38,492 nt of DNA from Paraglomus brasilianum (Eukaryota): positions 1-38,492 of the forward strand of contig CAJVPI010000257.1 in the NCBI GenBank assembly GCA_910592345.1. Reading direction: 5' to 3'. The notes beneath the pieces are model-generated. The model did no database searches. It was not told where the DNA came from and saw only the letters and a list, made by a program, of their open reading frames with translations. The position numbers were made by a program, and so were the translations under genes. The first letter of the stretch is position 1. Every line of letters begins with the position of its first letter. Positions 11,367 to 24,100 of the stretch are shown piece after piece.

Positions 11367-11574
11367 CTTAGAAGGTGCACGACAAGGTAACCTACGCTGC
11401 ATGAAAGATCTCGCAGATTATGGAGCGAAGTTAGGCGATAGAGATAGTTATATGCTGGGTCGAAAGATGTTGAACGATGTAATTGTAGCACCGAAAAGTC
11501 ACATGGAAAAAGCGAAAGCGCAAGAGTATTTGACGAAATTACAACAACATAGTAATAACCAGTTCTTAAATTAA
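9122..11574 (+). CDS. MLKL-like protein copy 2 (~693 aa), same architecture as copy 1
   Basis: Exons 9122-9454, 9550-10019, 10088-10276, 10364-10540, 10662-11574 (2082 nt, in frame). Exons 1-4 have the same sizes as in copy 1, with the same HHDIRSHN and ANYH motifs. Confidence 0.85.
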
Positions 11575-12813
11575 TCATGACTCGGTATTTATGTCGAATA
11601 ATTAATATTGTGTCATTTTGGCGAGCATTTTTGTAGCCCTGGTGGGCAAGGGATTGCGACTTGTAGCAAATATAGGATATGAAGAACAAGGACATGCGCG
11701 ACAGTCGCAAGAGCTATTCTGTATCAATTACTGTATATAATAAGTATACTGAGAGTTAATAAATACACAAATATTCATTTACATATTAACATGCAAAATT
11801 TAAATTGTCTCGAGTGATCCCTCCGGCCTTATTGTACATCGTGAACTGCGTAGTAGTTATTTAGTCTGTTCTATATAGTAATATGCAACTACCACAAAAT
11901 TCTCCTGGATCCCACTGTATCCTGAAAACGACATTTTGCTCGTTGGAAATATCAATTAGTGTTACGAAACAGTTTCCTGTTGTAGGTTTAAGTATAATGG
12001 TTATCAACCTATACTAATTCAAAACCGTACAGATATTTATCTGACCAGAGATCTTTGAAAAGCAAGTTTTATACATAGTTAAAGAGACAACCTCCATTAT
12101 TGTTTACTATATTAATATGCAAGTACGTAATTAGTAATTGGTCGAGAGAGGGTGAGTAGTTTATGGTAGCCACTAACAGACGAAATAAGTCATGCGTGGG
12201 ATGATGGCACGCATTAAAAAGGCATTAACTGAATGTAATGCTGATTGTGGGTTAATATACTGTATTTACTGCTACCAGATGTTGGCCCAAAATTTCTTGC
12301 TGGACAAACCCCGCTTCATGAATTGCTTTCCGTTATTAGCATTCATATTACTGATCATTGGATTCAAGCTGAAGATGGTGAATTTTTATTTTCTTTGTTT
12401 GACATTTCAGACGGGAGTGGGATCTCTCTTGATAGTGAAACTCTTCGCGTATTAACGTCAATTGTTTGTTAAACGCTTTGGTAATAACTCGCACGTCGCT
12501 AATGTGACAATCACACGTATCAGATATTGATTGCCAAGTAGTCCTAAAATGGCTATAGGAGACATCAATCTATTATCGTTATATATAGTATCGCCCATTC
12601 AAGCATATCATGACCAATGCAGTATATAGATTATTACGATACATAATAGATAAGGTCTCGGTATATTCAATGAACCTCTCTCCATTACCAAATCGAATTT
12701 GGAAATGACAAATACAAATTTGGCAAAGGATCTCCCTTCGATGGCTCGATACCATATTTGGTTAGAAATACCTTTTAAGGATAAATTTGTGGTATACAGA
12801 CTTGTAGAAGTGC

Positions 12814-12897
12814 TGACATGTCAAAATAACTATCGCGAGGAACTTTTATGACATGTCAAAATAACAGATCACGTTCTAAATTTTAAAACAGATCACG
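12814..12897. promoter_or_regulatory. Duplicated short motifs upstream of the hypothetical gene
   Basis: TGACATGTCAAAATAAC occurs twice (12814-12830, 12849-12865) and contains the palindrome TGACATGTCA. AACAGATCACG occurs twice (12863-12873, 12887-12897). These lie 115-200 bp before ATG 13012. Regulatory role is unproven. Confidence 0.3.
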
Positions 12898-13011
12898 CTA
12901 CTGCAATTTTTTATTGGGCATATCAATTTCGCATGATCTGAGCTTTCTTTTTTCCTTTTTTTTCTTGTTTCACTTGTTTCACATTATTTTCATTTGCCGG
13001 GCTTATCGATA

Positions 13012-14107
13012 ATGTTTTTTACTTCTCATCAGTTGACGCCTCGAATACTACGATACTATGCCGATCTCCATTCCAGAAAGGTGTTGGCACACTTTGGGAT
13101 TCAAAAATATCTTCCCACTACAGATGCTATTTCAAAGGGAAAAGACAGCAGCCAATATACTGTCCCAGCCGAGGAATTGACACAGTGGAGGGATGCATTT
13201 GACCTTGCGATAACATTTATAAAAGTTCTTACAATGAGGCTGGCAAAGTTTGATTATAAACACGTCCCCGATCTCGGTAGTAAAGGTGTTGATTATTGGA
13301 AAGTTCATGACAAACTTAGACAAAACTTGGAGGAGCCAAAGAAGAGAATTGCAGAACTCGCAGCAAAAAGGGATACGAAGAAGAGGGCATCAATGGAAAG
13401 TAAAAAACATAAATTTCTTTATCCTGATCCACCTTTTCCAAAAAATTACATAGAAACGAAAAAGTATGAATATGTAAATGACGCAAAAAGATTGAAGATG
13501 GAGGGTGAATATATTATGGACAACGTCTTTATTAACGTGCCGAAGAGAGAATTTGAAGTACGTGAATGCACAGCAAAATTGCTTAAACTTGAAGGAATTT
13601 GCGATGTTCGGTCAGCCTTGGAATACATTGGGAGGCAGGTAAGACTTTGTGTTGTCAATAAGATACTTTCTTTCTTTTACTTTTATTTACTATACTTTTC
13701 TGCAATAGTTTATTTGCTCTAGATCAGAAGAATCTATTGGCACAAGATTATCGCAGTTGTCTGAACAACAAACCTTCAAGTTTTATCTTCAAAGAACATG
13801 CAATTTAAACGATGTCTCCTTAGAATCTGTGAAAAAATGCTTTGATAATAATCTCTATGATGTTTCATTGAAAGACGCGCATAGTCACAGAGATGAGATC
13901 GTAGTTTGTGCAAAGTATTGGGACGTAAATGAGATGATTGCTCTGGGAGCTATTTTCACGTATTTTCACGTCAAATTTATTTATTGGGACAAAACCGAAA
14001 GAGAAACAGAATTTCCATATAGGTTACCATCAACCGATTACTTTAAACAAACAATTAAAAAGAACCTCGACTATATTGATAATCACATATTAATCAAGAA
14101 AGAATAA
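13012..14107 (+). CDS. Hypothetical protein (~341 aa): central charged coiled coil, C-terminal helical domain with RSALE...LYDVSLKDAH
   Basis: Exons 13012-13638 (CAG|GTAAG) and 13709-14107 (ATAG|TTT) join the two long ORFs in frame. Confidence 0.75.
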
Positions 14108-15380
14108 ACTCTCAATTACTTCAGTACAAATCTAAAACGGCAGTTTGGTAATGTCGAATTTGAGTCCGCTGTTTAATTTATCGAACTCTTATTATTATGC
14201 GCTGTTAGAATTTATGTTATCACGTGAGGATAACTCCTGGGGAGGGGTATTTTAACAAGGCAGTTCTGAAACTTTGGTTAATTGTCAAGATTGACTACGC
14301 CGTGATGTTAACTGTTTGCCATTACTAAATACTGATATCCAACAGTACAGTAACATATATCCCGTGAGGTGTGAAACTAAGGCCCTCTGAGGAAGAGGAT
14401 ATTAGTTTAGACGATTAATTCATAATTTAATTTTCTAGTTTACAGTTTCAAAACACTGTCGTATTATAATACTGGATATAACAAAGCTTTTTTGCTGCAC
14501 GGAAATTATAATAGTAAGATTGTTTGGACATAACGATAAATCCCTCGATATTGGCACATAAAAGTTTGTGCAACAATCGTTATGTATTTCTTGTCTACAG
14601 GTCTATTAAAGTCTTCGCTGAATTGCGGTTGTCAAGTACTCAATTCACGAAACTGAAATTGAGGTCGTTTAATCTCATCCAGCAATTGCCGATAGATGAT
14701 CCAATAAGCGTAGAAAACTTGACAAAGCTATTGACTTAAACGACACTATCAATAAAGTTGACGTCAAGAAGATGAAAACGTTCAATCGGAACGGATTAAG
14801 ATTGTTACTGGTTCAGAGGCTTTAATTGGCGTTTTGGCATAGATTTTGACTAAATGTAAATCTTGAATTATTACAAATACAAAAATAAAGATAACAGAAC
14901 TTCTTTATATATCAATGTAGAATGTGCATTACCATAATTAGATACATATGAACCCGGATAAGAAAAGTGTCTGCACCGTCTCCTTCCGGGCCCTGTGTAT
15001 AACTAGAATTAGAAGTTGAGCATGTGCACTATCGCCTTACTGGTCGATCAAAAATTTCGTCAAAAAGAGAGAGAGAGAAAGAGAGAGGAAAAGAAACCAA
15101 CGAAATCTATAATAATACTAAAACATGAAATCAGTACGATTTTTTGATATTGCGACTAATTAGCCACTATAATCTAAAACCCCAGATAACATACAACGCA
15201 TATATGAATACTAATTGAAACATGGTCTTATGTTAAAGGTAATCTGACGATTTGAATGGTTGATGTTCTGTTAACACTCACCTTTAATTCACCCCCAATA
15301 TAGTTAAACTGGTCCAGTTTGTCACATCTCCTAAAAAATTTATTCTCTCACACTTATTTTGACTTCTCCTGATTCCTTTT

Positions 15381-15440
15381 CCTGCCCCCTACTACCCTCC
15401 TCCTCCCCTCCTCCCCCGCCTTCTCCCCCTCCCCCCTTCC
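15381..15440. repeat. C-rich polypyrimidine low-complexity tract (G-runs on minus strand)
   Basis: CCTGCCCCCTACTACCCTCCTCCTCCCCTCCTCCCCCGCCTTCTCCCCCTCCCCCCTTCC, about 140 bp upstream of ATG 15579. Confidence 0.8.
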
Positions 15441-15578
15441 TCATTGCGATTAATTGATAGGACCCTTAAATCCGCGAAGCAAGCCAACTGTGGTTTGATT
15501 TCCCGTAGCACATTGACGCATCAAGACGATAGGCCTTTTCATCAGTCTTAATCTTGCTCAAGTCATATTTTTTTGAGC

Positions 15579-17183
15579 ATGGCTCTGGATAACGGTTTCG
15601 CCTTAACCTGTAAGAATATGACAAACTCAAACACCGGAAAAGTCGAAGAGAGATGCGCCTGCGATTTTAGAATCAATATATTTGGATGTCCAGAGTCAAA
15701 CGCGTTGGTCATCTTGTATTACATATTGCTCGCGGTTACTATAATTCACGGCATCATCAGTGGATACTTTTTGTATCACGGAGTGGTCAGACGACGGATG
15801 AACATATTCTTCCCGCCTACAAGAGACAGGGGAATATTAAGACCGAAGCCACAGGACGCATTCCACATCATTGTCGTGGTATTCTCGATTAGTAAGTGGG
15901 AGAAAAGGCGGTGGTTATGAGACACATGATAAATTCGTACTAGTGTTGAGCCGAGGGAATGCAAAGAAAGCAAACCCTTATTAATAAATATGCCGTTTAA
16001 CAGTGCAGACATGGGCCATAGCCCTGTTGCTATCTAATGGATGGACGAGCACCAAAGGAGCAGAGCGTAAGTACGAGTCGATTGATGAACAGCGTCTTGT
16101 GTAGTAGTCGGTATGATCAAGCTCTACTATTTATATTTGTAGTTGGTTACAATTTGCCACGTGTGGTTGCATTCGGATTAGCCGCGATGCTACCCATCAG
16201 CATAGGTACGCAATCTAACCCAATTTACGCAAACTAAAAAGTGCTTTTATTGAACTATACGAAATGTGATTATGTATATATGGTAAACGAGGTGTTTACT
16301 GATGATATGTAACTATGTTTACTGATTATATGATATCTGTCTTCGTTTGTACGCCATGATCCAGCCTATTCGACCCCAACAACATCCAACGAGACGAGAC
16401 TGTGGAGGCCAAGTAAAAACACCCTTGATGTACTTGGATTCTTCCAGATAATTGGCCCTGCGCTCACCCAACTTCCTCTTTCGTGGACTACAGGATCGCT
16501 TGCTGACAAAGGCGACGTGCTAAAAGCGCTACGGTTTTTCAAAATCCAATATTTGATATTGGGGGTTTGGTCAGGATTGTATACGGGCATCGTTTGGATG
16601 ATGTGGTACAATCTGAAAAGGATCTTGAACGAACATCGACAGATTTTGAAGGAGAGAGTGATTTCCGAGAACAAATGGAAACTGACGATACTAAAAAGGG
16701 TTGAAGGAAAGGTAAGTTTGCACACGTGTCTTTTATTGGGATCGTCAATATTAAAGTTTGCTTATCTAATTCTCTATTTGTACTACAAATATTTATCGTA
16801 CGATTTTTGCATTTGTTAGTTGACAATAGTCTCGATGGCCTTCACCCAAATTAGTTTCGTCTACCTCTTTGCGTCATTCGTATGCGAATTTTTCCACAAG
16901 CACTTGATATTCATTCGCGCCATCTATTTCCTGTGCTTTGCCATATCGAATTTTGCCATACCAATATCATTTGCCATCACACAAGGGGTCTTCATTTATT
17001 GGTAAGTCAAAGAAAGAAAGAAAGAAAGAATATTTTACGCCAATTGCCGTAAACCTTACTAAACTTTTTCCCCCTACGAACTATAGTATACTCAGGCCAG
17101 TACCAAAATTGCCAACTCATATCAGCTCTTCGGTACTACTATTCACACGTTCGTTCCTCGATACAGAAACTAATCCCTCGTAA
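15579..17183 (+). CDS. Multi-pass (about 7 TM) membrane protein, possibly GPCR-like (~354 aa)
   Basis: Exons 15579-15891, 16004-16066, 16143-16205, 16365-16711, 16820-17001, 17087-17183 (1065 nt, in frame, GT-AG). Cys-rich N-terminus (C..CACDFR..GC), RPKP after TM1, and about seven hydrophobic segments. The 3' end is uncertain. Confidence 0.75.
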
Positions 17184-18155
17184 TTGGAAACATGATTTGA
17201 AGACGCCTATGTTGGATGTTGCATAGACAACTCTTCGTATTCCCCGGTGCTTATCTACGAGATATGTTGATGACGGTAGATAAGAAGTTTAGAAGAGGTC
17301 AGACAGACGATATTCAAACGGCAGACGAATATTGGTTGCAACATTACAACTGTTCAAGAAAAGGTATCACGCAGTAGTGGAGACGAAAGTGAAGACGAAC
17401 AACGAGTTAACGAAAAAGAACATTCTGATGGATAAGATCGAAAAGGACGTATTGTGCTTTTCATAACACCATTACATATAGCTAAATTAACGTTATATTA
17501 GCCAGATGCATCATAAATTTATTCAACGAAAAAAAGTACATAATACGAATAAACAAATAATTGCTGTAAAATCCTCTTTCGCAACAATTAACCTTTTATA
17601 TGGAAATATCGAAATAGTCCAGAACATGGTATGTAAATGAAGCTGAGGCATCATCTCAGCCATCTTGTTTACTAGTGTCTTTTCACTGGTAACCGTCAAC
17701 AGTCATTGATAATTGCATTGGATTATTTATACATCTTGTGTAGACGCGGCCAAACAATGACCCAAGCTCTCAATTCATGGGAACAAGTTTTAAGTATTAC
17801 TCTAAATAATAATAAGGTCTAATTTAGTCAAGATTCTCCAAACCCGCTAGCCAATCCTAATTCTATCCACGGTATTATAGTTACATGTCGTGTAAAAATT
17901 TGGCGTCTTCATAAATATGAGATTTATATGTAAAATGTGCATGTGAAATAATCTCTGAAACGAGCCTGAGCCACAGAGATTGCGTTGAGATAACCGTTTG
18001 CTGCTGCCGCTGGCAGATACGAAACGTAGAAAGCTTCTGGGCAAACTACTTTACATTCGAAAGAAATTTATTTATCATGCGACATTAAATTACATATCAA
18101 AGAATAAGCAAATTACATATGAATATATTTTCATCACCACCTATCAACTTTATAA

Positions 18156-21100
18156 TTAAGTACGCCACTTAATGACCCACTTTCGAGCATCTTCAATCAT
18201 CTTCTCAATAGAATCAGAGTCATACGCACTCAAAGCATCTAATGCTTTCTTAGCCTTTTCATAACACAATTCCCACTCTTCCTTAAAGTCTTTCATTACA
18301 ATCTCAAAATATGCCATCGCAATACATGTGGACCAGGCGGAATCTTGATCCTTGTCTTGGAATAGCTTGTTACGTTGTCCTTGTAAGAAAAATTCCGACA
18401 GACTAGTAGTCGGTTTGAAAAGTCCATCAAACGATTGGAATTTGATAAAGACGTAGAGAGTTTCTATTTTAGCTAGTTTCGCATCTGTTTTCGACTCGGA
18501 CTTTTTGCAAGATTCAGCCACCGCTGCGCATCCCTTTACCGATGTTAAATTAGCATCTTGTGATAATACGTCCGCGTCCACCACCCCGTACACACTCGCT
18601 TCGCAAGGAGCGCAAGCCTTCTCACTAATTGCGCTGCTGGTTTTTTTGGATTTAAATGAAGTTCGCATTCTTGGGAATCTAACCAAGGAAAAACTACGAC
18701 TTCTAAGCACAGGTTTTGACTTTTTCTGTGCAGACACAGAGAAATAGTTGGCGAGTTGGTCTTGAGCATTGAAAACGGGAACCACGCGTTTTTGAACTTT
18801 GGCCGTCGAGAGGGTTTGATTTTCTCTTTCATCGATTGCCAAGAAACTAGGAGAAAAAGTATTAGTATTGGTTATATTAATTAATTTGTGACTTTTCATA
18901 AAAGTCCCTTTCTTTTATTGTTAGGACTTTTTTTTTACCTTGTATACCTGGATGCCAAACTGGCATCGATCGCAAGTTTGACAATTGCATCCTTTTCATC
19001 TTCGGATGACAATGTCTTCTCCTCATATTTCGAATCTTTATGCAGATAACTTGTCTTATCTTCAATGTCTTGTATTAATTTCCTGGCAGCTAGAGTATGA
19101 ATCTTGTCACCCTCAAGAATGACTGGATCAATTGGCACTGCTATTTCTATAGGTCCATCACGAGACTGCGCTGTAATCGTAATATTCCGTGCAGGCTCAA
19201 CACCAGGAGCGTAAAGCGAGTACATCACCAGGCGAATTCCCTGATACAATGTTGGAATTACATAAGGTGCTTGGCGGAACTTTGCGTCAACCGAATCGCT
19301 GCTCTCAGTGTCAATCCACGAAACTTTGTAATCAGTCAGAGGTGATTTTATGGCATTCTTAACCATGCCTGCAACCTTCTTGTCCATCCTCTCGTGATCG
19401 CTGACAAACTGAGCATATCCCTTTCCGACCCTTGCAACAGATTCCACTAGATGATGACTGACAGAGCTTCCAATACCCAACGAAAACAATCTCAGTGAAT
19501 TTTTGCGCTCTTTTACTTTCTTCTCGATCAACTCGACGATTGCATCTACATTCCAAACCTCGCCGTCGGTCAATAGAAACACGGCCGTAGGCAGTTCCTT
19601 GTTCGTATTTCCCAATACCCATTCTAGAGCTGTGAAGAGCTCGGTACCCCCAAAGTCGGCATTCATGCTCTGGGCGAGTTGGATGGCGGTGTTGAAGGAA
19701 GTCTCGGAGTAATGTACGGATTTTTCGAATAAAGCAGAGTAAGTGGAGCCAAAGGAGACCACATTGAAAAAACAGTCTGATGGAAGGGAGCGAAGGATTA
19801 ATTCGAGTGTCTGTCGAGCCTTAGCTATTGGAGCGCCGCTCATCGAACCAGATCTGAAAACGAGTTAAAATTTAATATAAATAGACACAACAGATGAACG
19901 GAAGATAATATAACCACAAGCATTACCTGTCCACAATAAAAATCATTTCTGTCTGCACGGGTTCAATTTCAATCCTGGGAACAAGTGTCAACATGGTGCA
20001 ATTTGTCTTTGTCTTTGGATTATATTCGGTGAACGCCCTACGTAAAAGAGACGAAATCATCAATTAGATAAACATGTATACCATACCTCTCATTCATTAC
20101 CAATCCCTATTGATTCACACCGTCTCTCCTAATCCATACCTAAATTGATCCAAATCTTTACTCTTAATAACCAACACGAAATCCTTATCCAAGTAGGTTA
20201 TCTTTTCGGCGAGTTCAACTCTACAAACTTTTGGATCTCCATCCAAATTAATCTTGGTCGCAATCTTATGCGTAGGTGACTCGATACTCAACAAACTCGC
20301 CGTCATACGACACGTAATTTTCATGCTTAATGTATATAGTGCTGCGCTCGAGTATTTCGGATTACCCTTGAGTAATTTCTTTGCAATAGTAAATCCAGAA
20401 TTGCTCTGCGGTTCGCCGTAGCGAGGCGCAATAGCGGTAGGCAAGACAAAACGAACTTGATCGGAATCAGCATCCTGCTTAAGTTCGGTTACGTACGTTA
20501 TGATGATTTTAATGGATTGTCTTGGCGTAATGTTGCCGATTGAGCATTGGAAAACGTCAGGGAGTTCTTCCTCAAGGAGGTATGCACCATGACCGCTCTA
20601 ATTAAAGAAGTAAACAGGTCAGTCAGCAACTTGCGCCCATTATAATGAGAATTGGGATGCGTATCTGCAGACGCAAAGCAACAACTTGCAAGCGCGCATA
20701 TATACGCTATGCTAATAATATTCATTGATATGCACCTCCACAGCTTTATCATAATCCTCGGCAGCCTGCTGAGCTTCTTTGACAATACCCTTGATCTTGC
20801 GATTGCCATCGATTTCGGCTTCAAACTTGCAAATTGCTGCGGCATCGTGAATTGGAAACTTGTAGATTGCTTCGATTGTCTTTTGTTCTTCGTTCTTGTA
20901 AGTCTGAGTTATGGTGACTTTAGGAAAGAATCATGGGTCGGGGGAAAAAATACAGTGAGTATGTTTGAGAAAGGGAGTTTCCGTTTCATTGACAGTTGAG
21001 TATAGCATAATTACCCTCGGCAATCATATCAACCACTACATAATTAGATAAAAGGCATTAGAAAAAGGTTTGATTAAATGCGTTCCGGACTTGATCATTG

Positions 21101-21198
21101 TAATTACCGTTTGCTTCGACGCTGACATTCTGCAAAGGAATAGGCTTTGGTTCGCATGTTTCGGGAAGAAGATAGATCAATCCATAATATGATACCAT
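18156..21198 (-). CDS. VIT + von Willebrand factor A domain protein (VWA5A-like, ~822 aa)
   Basis: Exons 21108-21198, 21015-21035, 20736-20917, 20140-20597, 19927-20037, 18939-19853, 18156-18846 (2469 nt, in frame). VIT: IEAIYKFPIHDAAAICKFEAEIDG, DVFQCSIGN. VWA MIDAS: FIVDRSGSM, GGTEL, LLTDGEV, FSLGIG. C-terminal IHTLAAR, QSFDGLF, W.T.IA, EWEL..EKA. Confidence 0.93.
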
Positions 21199-24100
21199 TT
21201 TATCGTTGATGCTTGTAAGGTAATAGTAAATGCTGTTTGCGCAGTTAATTGCACTTTCAGAATAGGAGGCAGTCTCATTATATGTGCGTTGTGGGTTTAC
21301 TACGTTTGAAAACAAGCAGTTTGGCTTGCAACCATTTTATCCAATTAGAGTTACTCGTAAGCATATCAAATTTCTTTTGTATCACAGACATTGGTTGCGT
21401 TTGTCTATAACAATGCCATGCGCAGTAAATGTTATGTGTGCAAATTAAAATGACAAATTTGGTTTTACAGGATAATTTCTACATGAAGGAATGTAACGTA
21501 ATACTAAGCTGGTAGATATTGTATTGTTTGTTACCTGTGATTGATAACAATGAGATATACGTCATCAACTATAATAAACGTACAAAGAATCGAGGTCATG
21601 TAGTCGAATCTACTCGTACAGAGTTTCGTGGCTCATTGGTGGACGCGATTATTATAACATTTCGGATGTGTTTTTCCATTCCAATCGACAGATCGAAGCA
21701 ATATCGCCCTAAACGTGTATCATATACCACACTTTACTCGATTGTGGTTTCGAACTTTTACCTCAATTGCAGCCCCCAAGTTTCAATTGGATTGAGTACC
21801 CTGATGTTTTGGAATTGCAGAAACTCTTATGCAACCTTCGATGTATAAACTGGCATTGTCTTGCTGAAAAATAAATTTGGATAGTAATTTGTTTGAACCT
21901 GCTTTAAGGTAAGTAAGTTTCCATTATTAAATATAAAATGAACCAACCTTTCAAATTCAAAATCAATTGCGGCATTAAGGTAACAATAAATTAAAGTTGA
22001 ACTAAAGTTTTACAGCACTTAGTTATACCGCTAATTTCCTACTATCGTTTGATCGTCTAACACTCAACGACGACGGCATTAACCATCAGTGGATCATGAG
22101 TTTAATATCATAAATTATGGACTTTTGATGGGTTGGTTTTTAACCCATACGTGATTATTTACCATATGCATAGCTGTATATCACGGTTTCTTTTTTCTCA
22201 CCACTACTCATGGCTTTACTGAACAAATGGGTGCTGAAATGGTTGACGCTGGAGCAGACGCTTTTTACTGATTACGGTGTTATTCGAGAGGTGGAATGGA
22301 GTAGGCAGCTGGGCAAAAAAAAGGAAGGAAACATTGGACTTGGTAATGTTCACGTACTATAAAAAAGCATTTATCAACGTAGCTTCCAAAATGCTAGTGT
22401 AAATGAGTGGTAACTTTGCTTCCAACACAAAATATGGATAGAAATTGTTGCATGTAATTGGCGGTTTACTTCAGTCTTGTCTTATCCTATGTCAATAATG
22501 TCTGTTTAGTATAATACTTATGCAATCTTGTACGCATATGATAATTTCCAGTCACTAATAAAAAATGTGTAGCAAGCTAATCATTCATTGCCAGCAATAA
22601 TGTTTGTCTTTTCAATACTTACGCTGACAAAGAGTGTCGAATTATTAAACGCGACTCCAATGTTTCATCAAGTTCAATTCTATTGGTTTCATCCCCTAAA
22701 TTTGTTTGAGGCATAGAATTGAATTCAGATGTTTAGAGGTCCTTGATGGCAGTTTTGATATGAACAAGTCAAAGCAATATTGTTCTCATAAACAATTACG
22801 AGCTGGTATGTGTAAGCGCATAGCAGTTCATTATACTATTTTGTTGTTCGAACGACTAGGCGTGAGATTTATGAATTTCAGGGACTTCAAATCGATGTTT
22901 AAGCTAATGATTCTTCACTACTTTCTATACGCAAGATCTCACTGATTAATACGTGCATAGGTTATATTGAGTCAAATATTTTATAGTAACAATTTCAGTT
23001 AGTTATGTGAAATAGTATTGTTTACCTGGTTCTCTGTTGTCAAGTCTAAATTGACATAAATTCCAAACGAACATACAGCATTTTCAAATGCCCATAATTG
23101 CGTTACACAATTAGGGATGTAAACGATACGACTGCAACGCGCGGTAATGAGTCTGTGATGGTTATTACATTTATTTTGTGATACGAACTTGTGGATTTAA
23201 AAAAGAAAAAATATGTATTTTTTATCAACATTAACAATATTAAGGCAAAGAGGTAGTGATGAAAAAGAAAACACATAAAACCGATATACAATTAAAAATT
23301 ATGTATGCACGGACAATTGTGACGTTAACTGGTATGAGTTGCATACAGTACGTATTAAAAATATTCATTAACTTTATTGCCAACTGATACATCAACATGC
23401 GAGATTGGTAAGACCAACAAGGCTCTAAGGTTTTCATACTCGCATACGTGTTTGCACTCTTCTTACCAGAAATTTAAGAGTCGGCCTATAAGCTTTAAAG
23501 CAGAGAATAGCTCAGAGACATGAAAGTCACCAGGAATTAAACATGGGCCAGCGTATGATTTACCTAAACCTGTGCATGTATCAACGTGGTTATTAAGCAG
23601 TTGACTATTGCTTAACAAAGAAGAACAAATGTCGGCGAACGTTAGTAATCGCTTGGCATCCTTCATTAGCTTACGTAAAGTGTCTGTTCAGAAAACGTTA
23701 TTTTTGTTGAACCTTGTTAACGTTGCACCGAATGTCAATGTCTTTTTATTGGCACATCAGTATAAGTATTACAAGGGGCTAAAAACCGTAATTATTTATA
23801 CAGAATAGAATAGAAACAATGAAGATGCAAGGACATGGAACAACCGATGGTGTTAATGTTAAATGCTTAATGAAATTAATATACTGTATTAATATGCATT
23901 ATTAGTCACAAACTTCAAATCCTCTACCAACAAACGAAATCTGCATTAGTAACGAATTGACATACACGGCACATGTCAAGTTTGTAATACATTCGCATGT
24001 GGTATACAGGCAATAACTTTTAAAGAGAAAAATGTTTAATTTACTGTAATACTGTCCACAAAGATATATCATTACTGTAGTAAATGAATAGGATAAGCCA

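Noticed and set aside
12245..12472. GQTPLH ankyrin-like hexapeptide in a short ORF
   Set aside because: Single motif without the rest of the ankyrin consensus, a second repeat or a gene model.
17184..17440. Coding-like acidic sequence (…SSGDESEDEQRVNEKEHSDG) after the membrane-protein stop
   Set aside because: Could not be joined in frame with convincing splice sites. It may be 3' UTR or a decayed tail; RNA-seq is needed.
22200..22330. GC-richer patch containing CGCTTTTTACTG, similar to U5 snRNA loop I, plus a 50-aa ORF
   Set aside because: No stem closes the loop and no convincing Sm site follows. The ORF has no recognisable motif.
23463..23666. TGLGKS Walker-A-like string in a 67-aa ORF
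   Set aside because: No Walker B or other NTPase context; likely chance.
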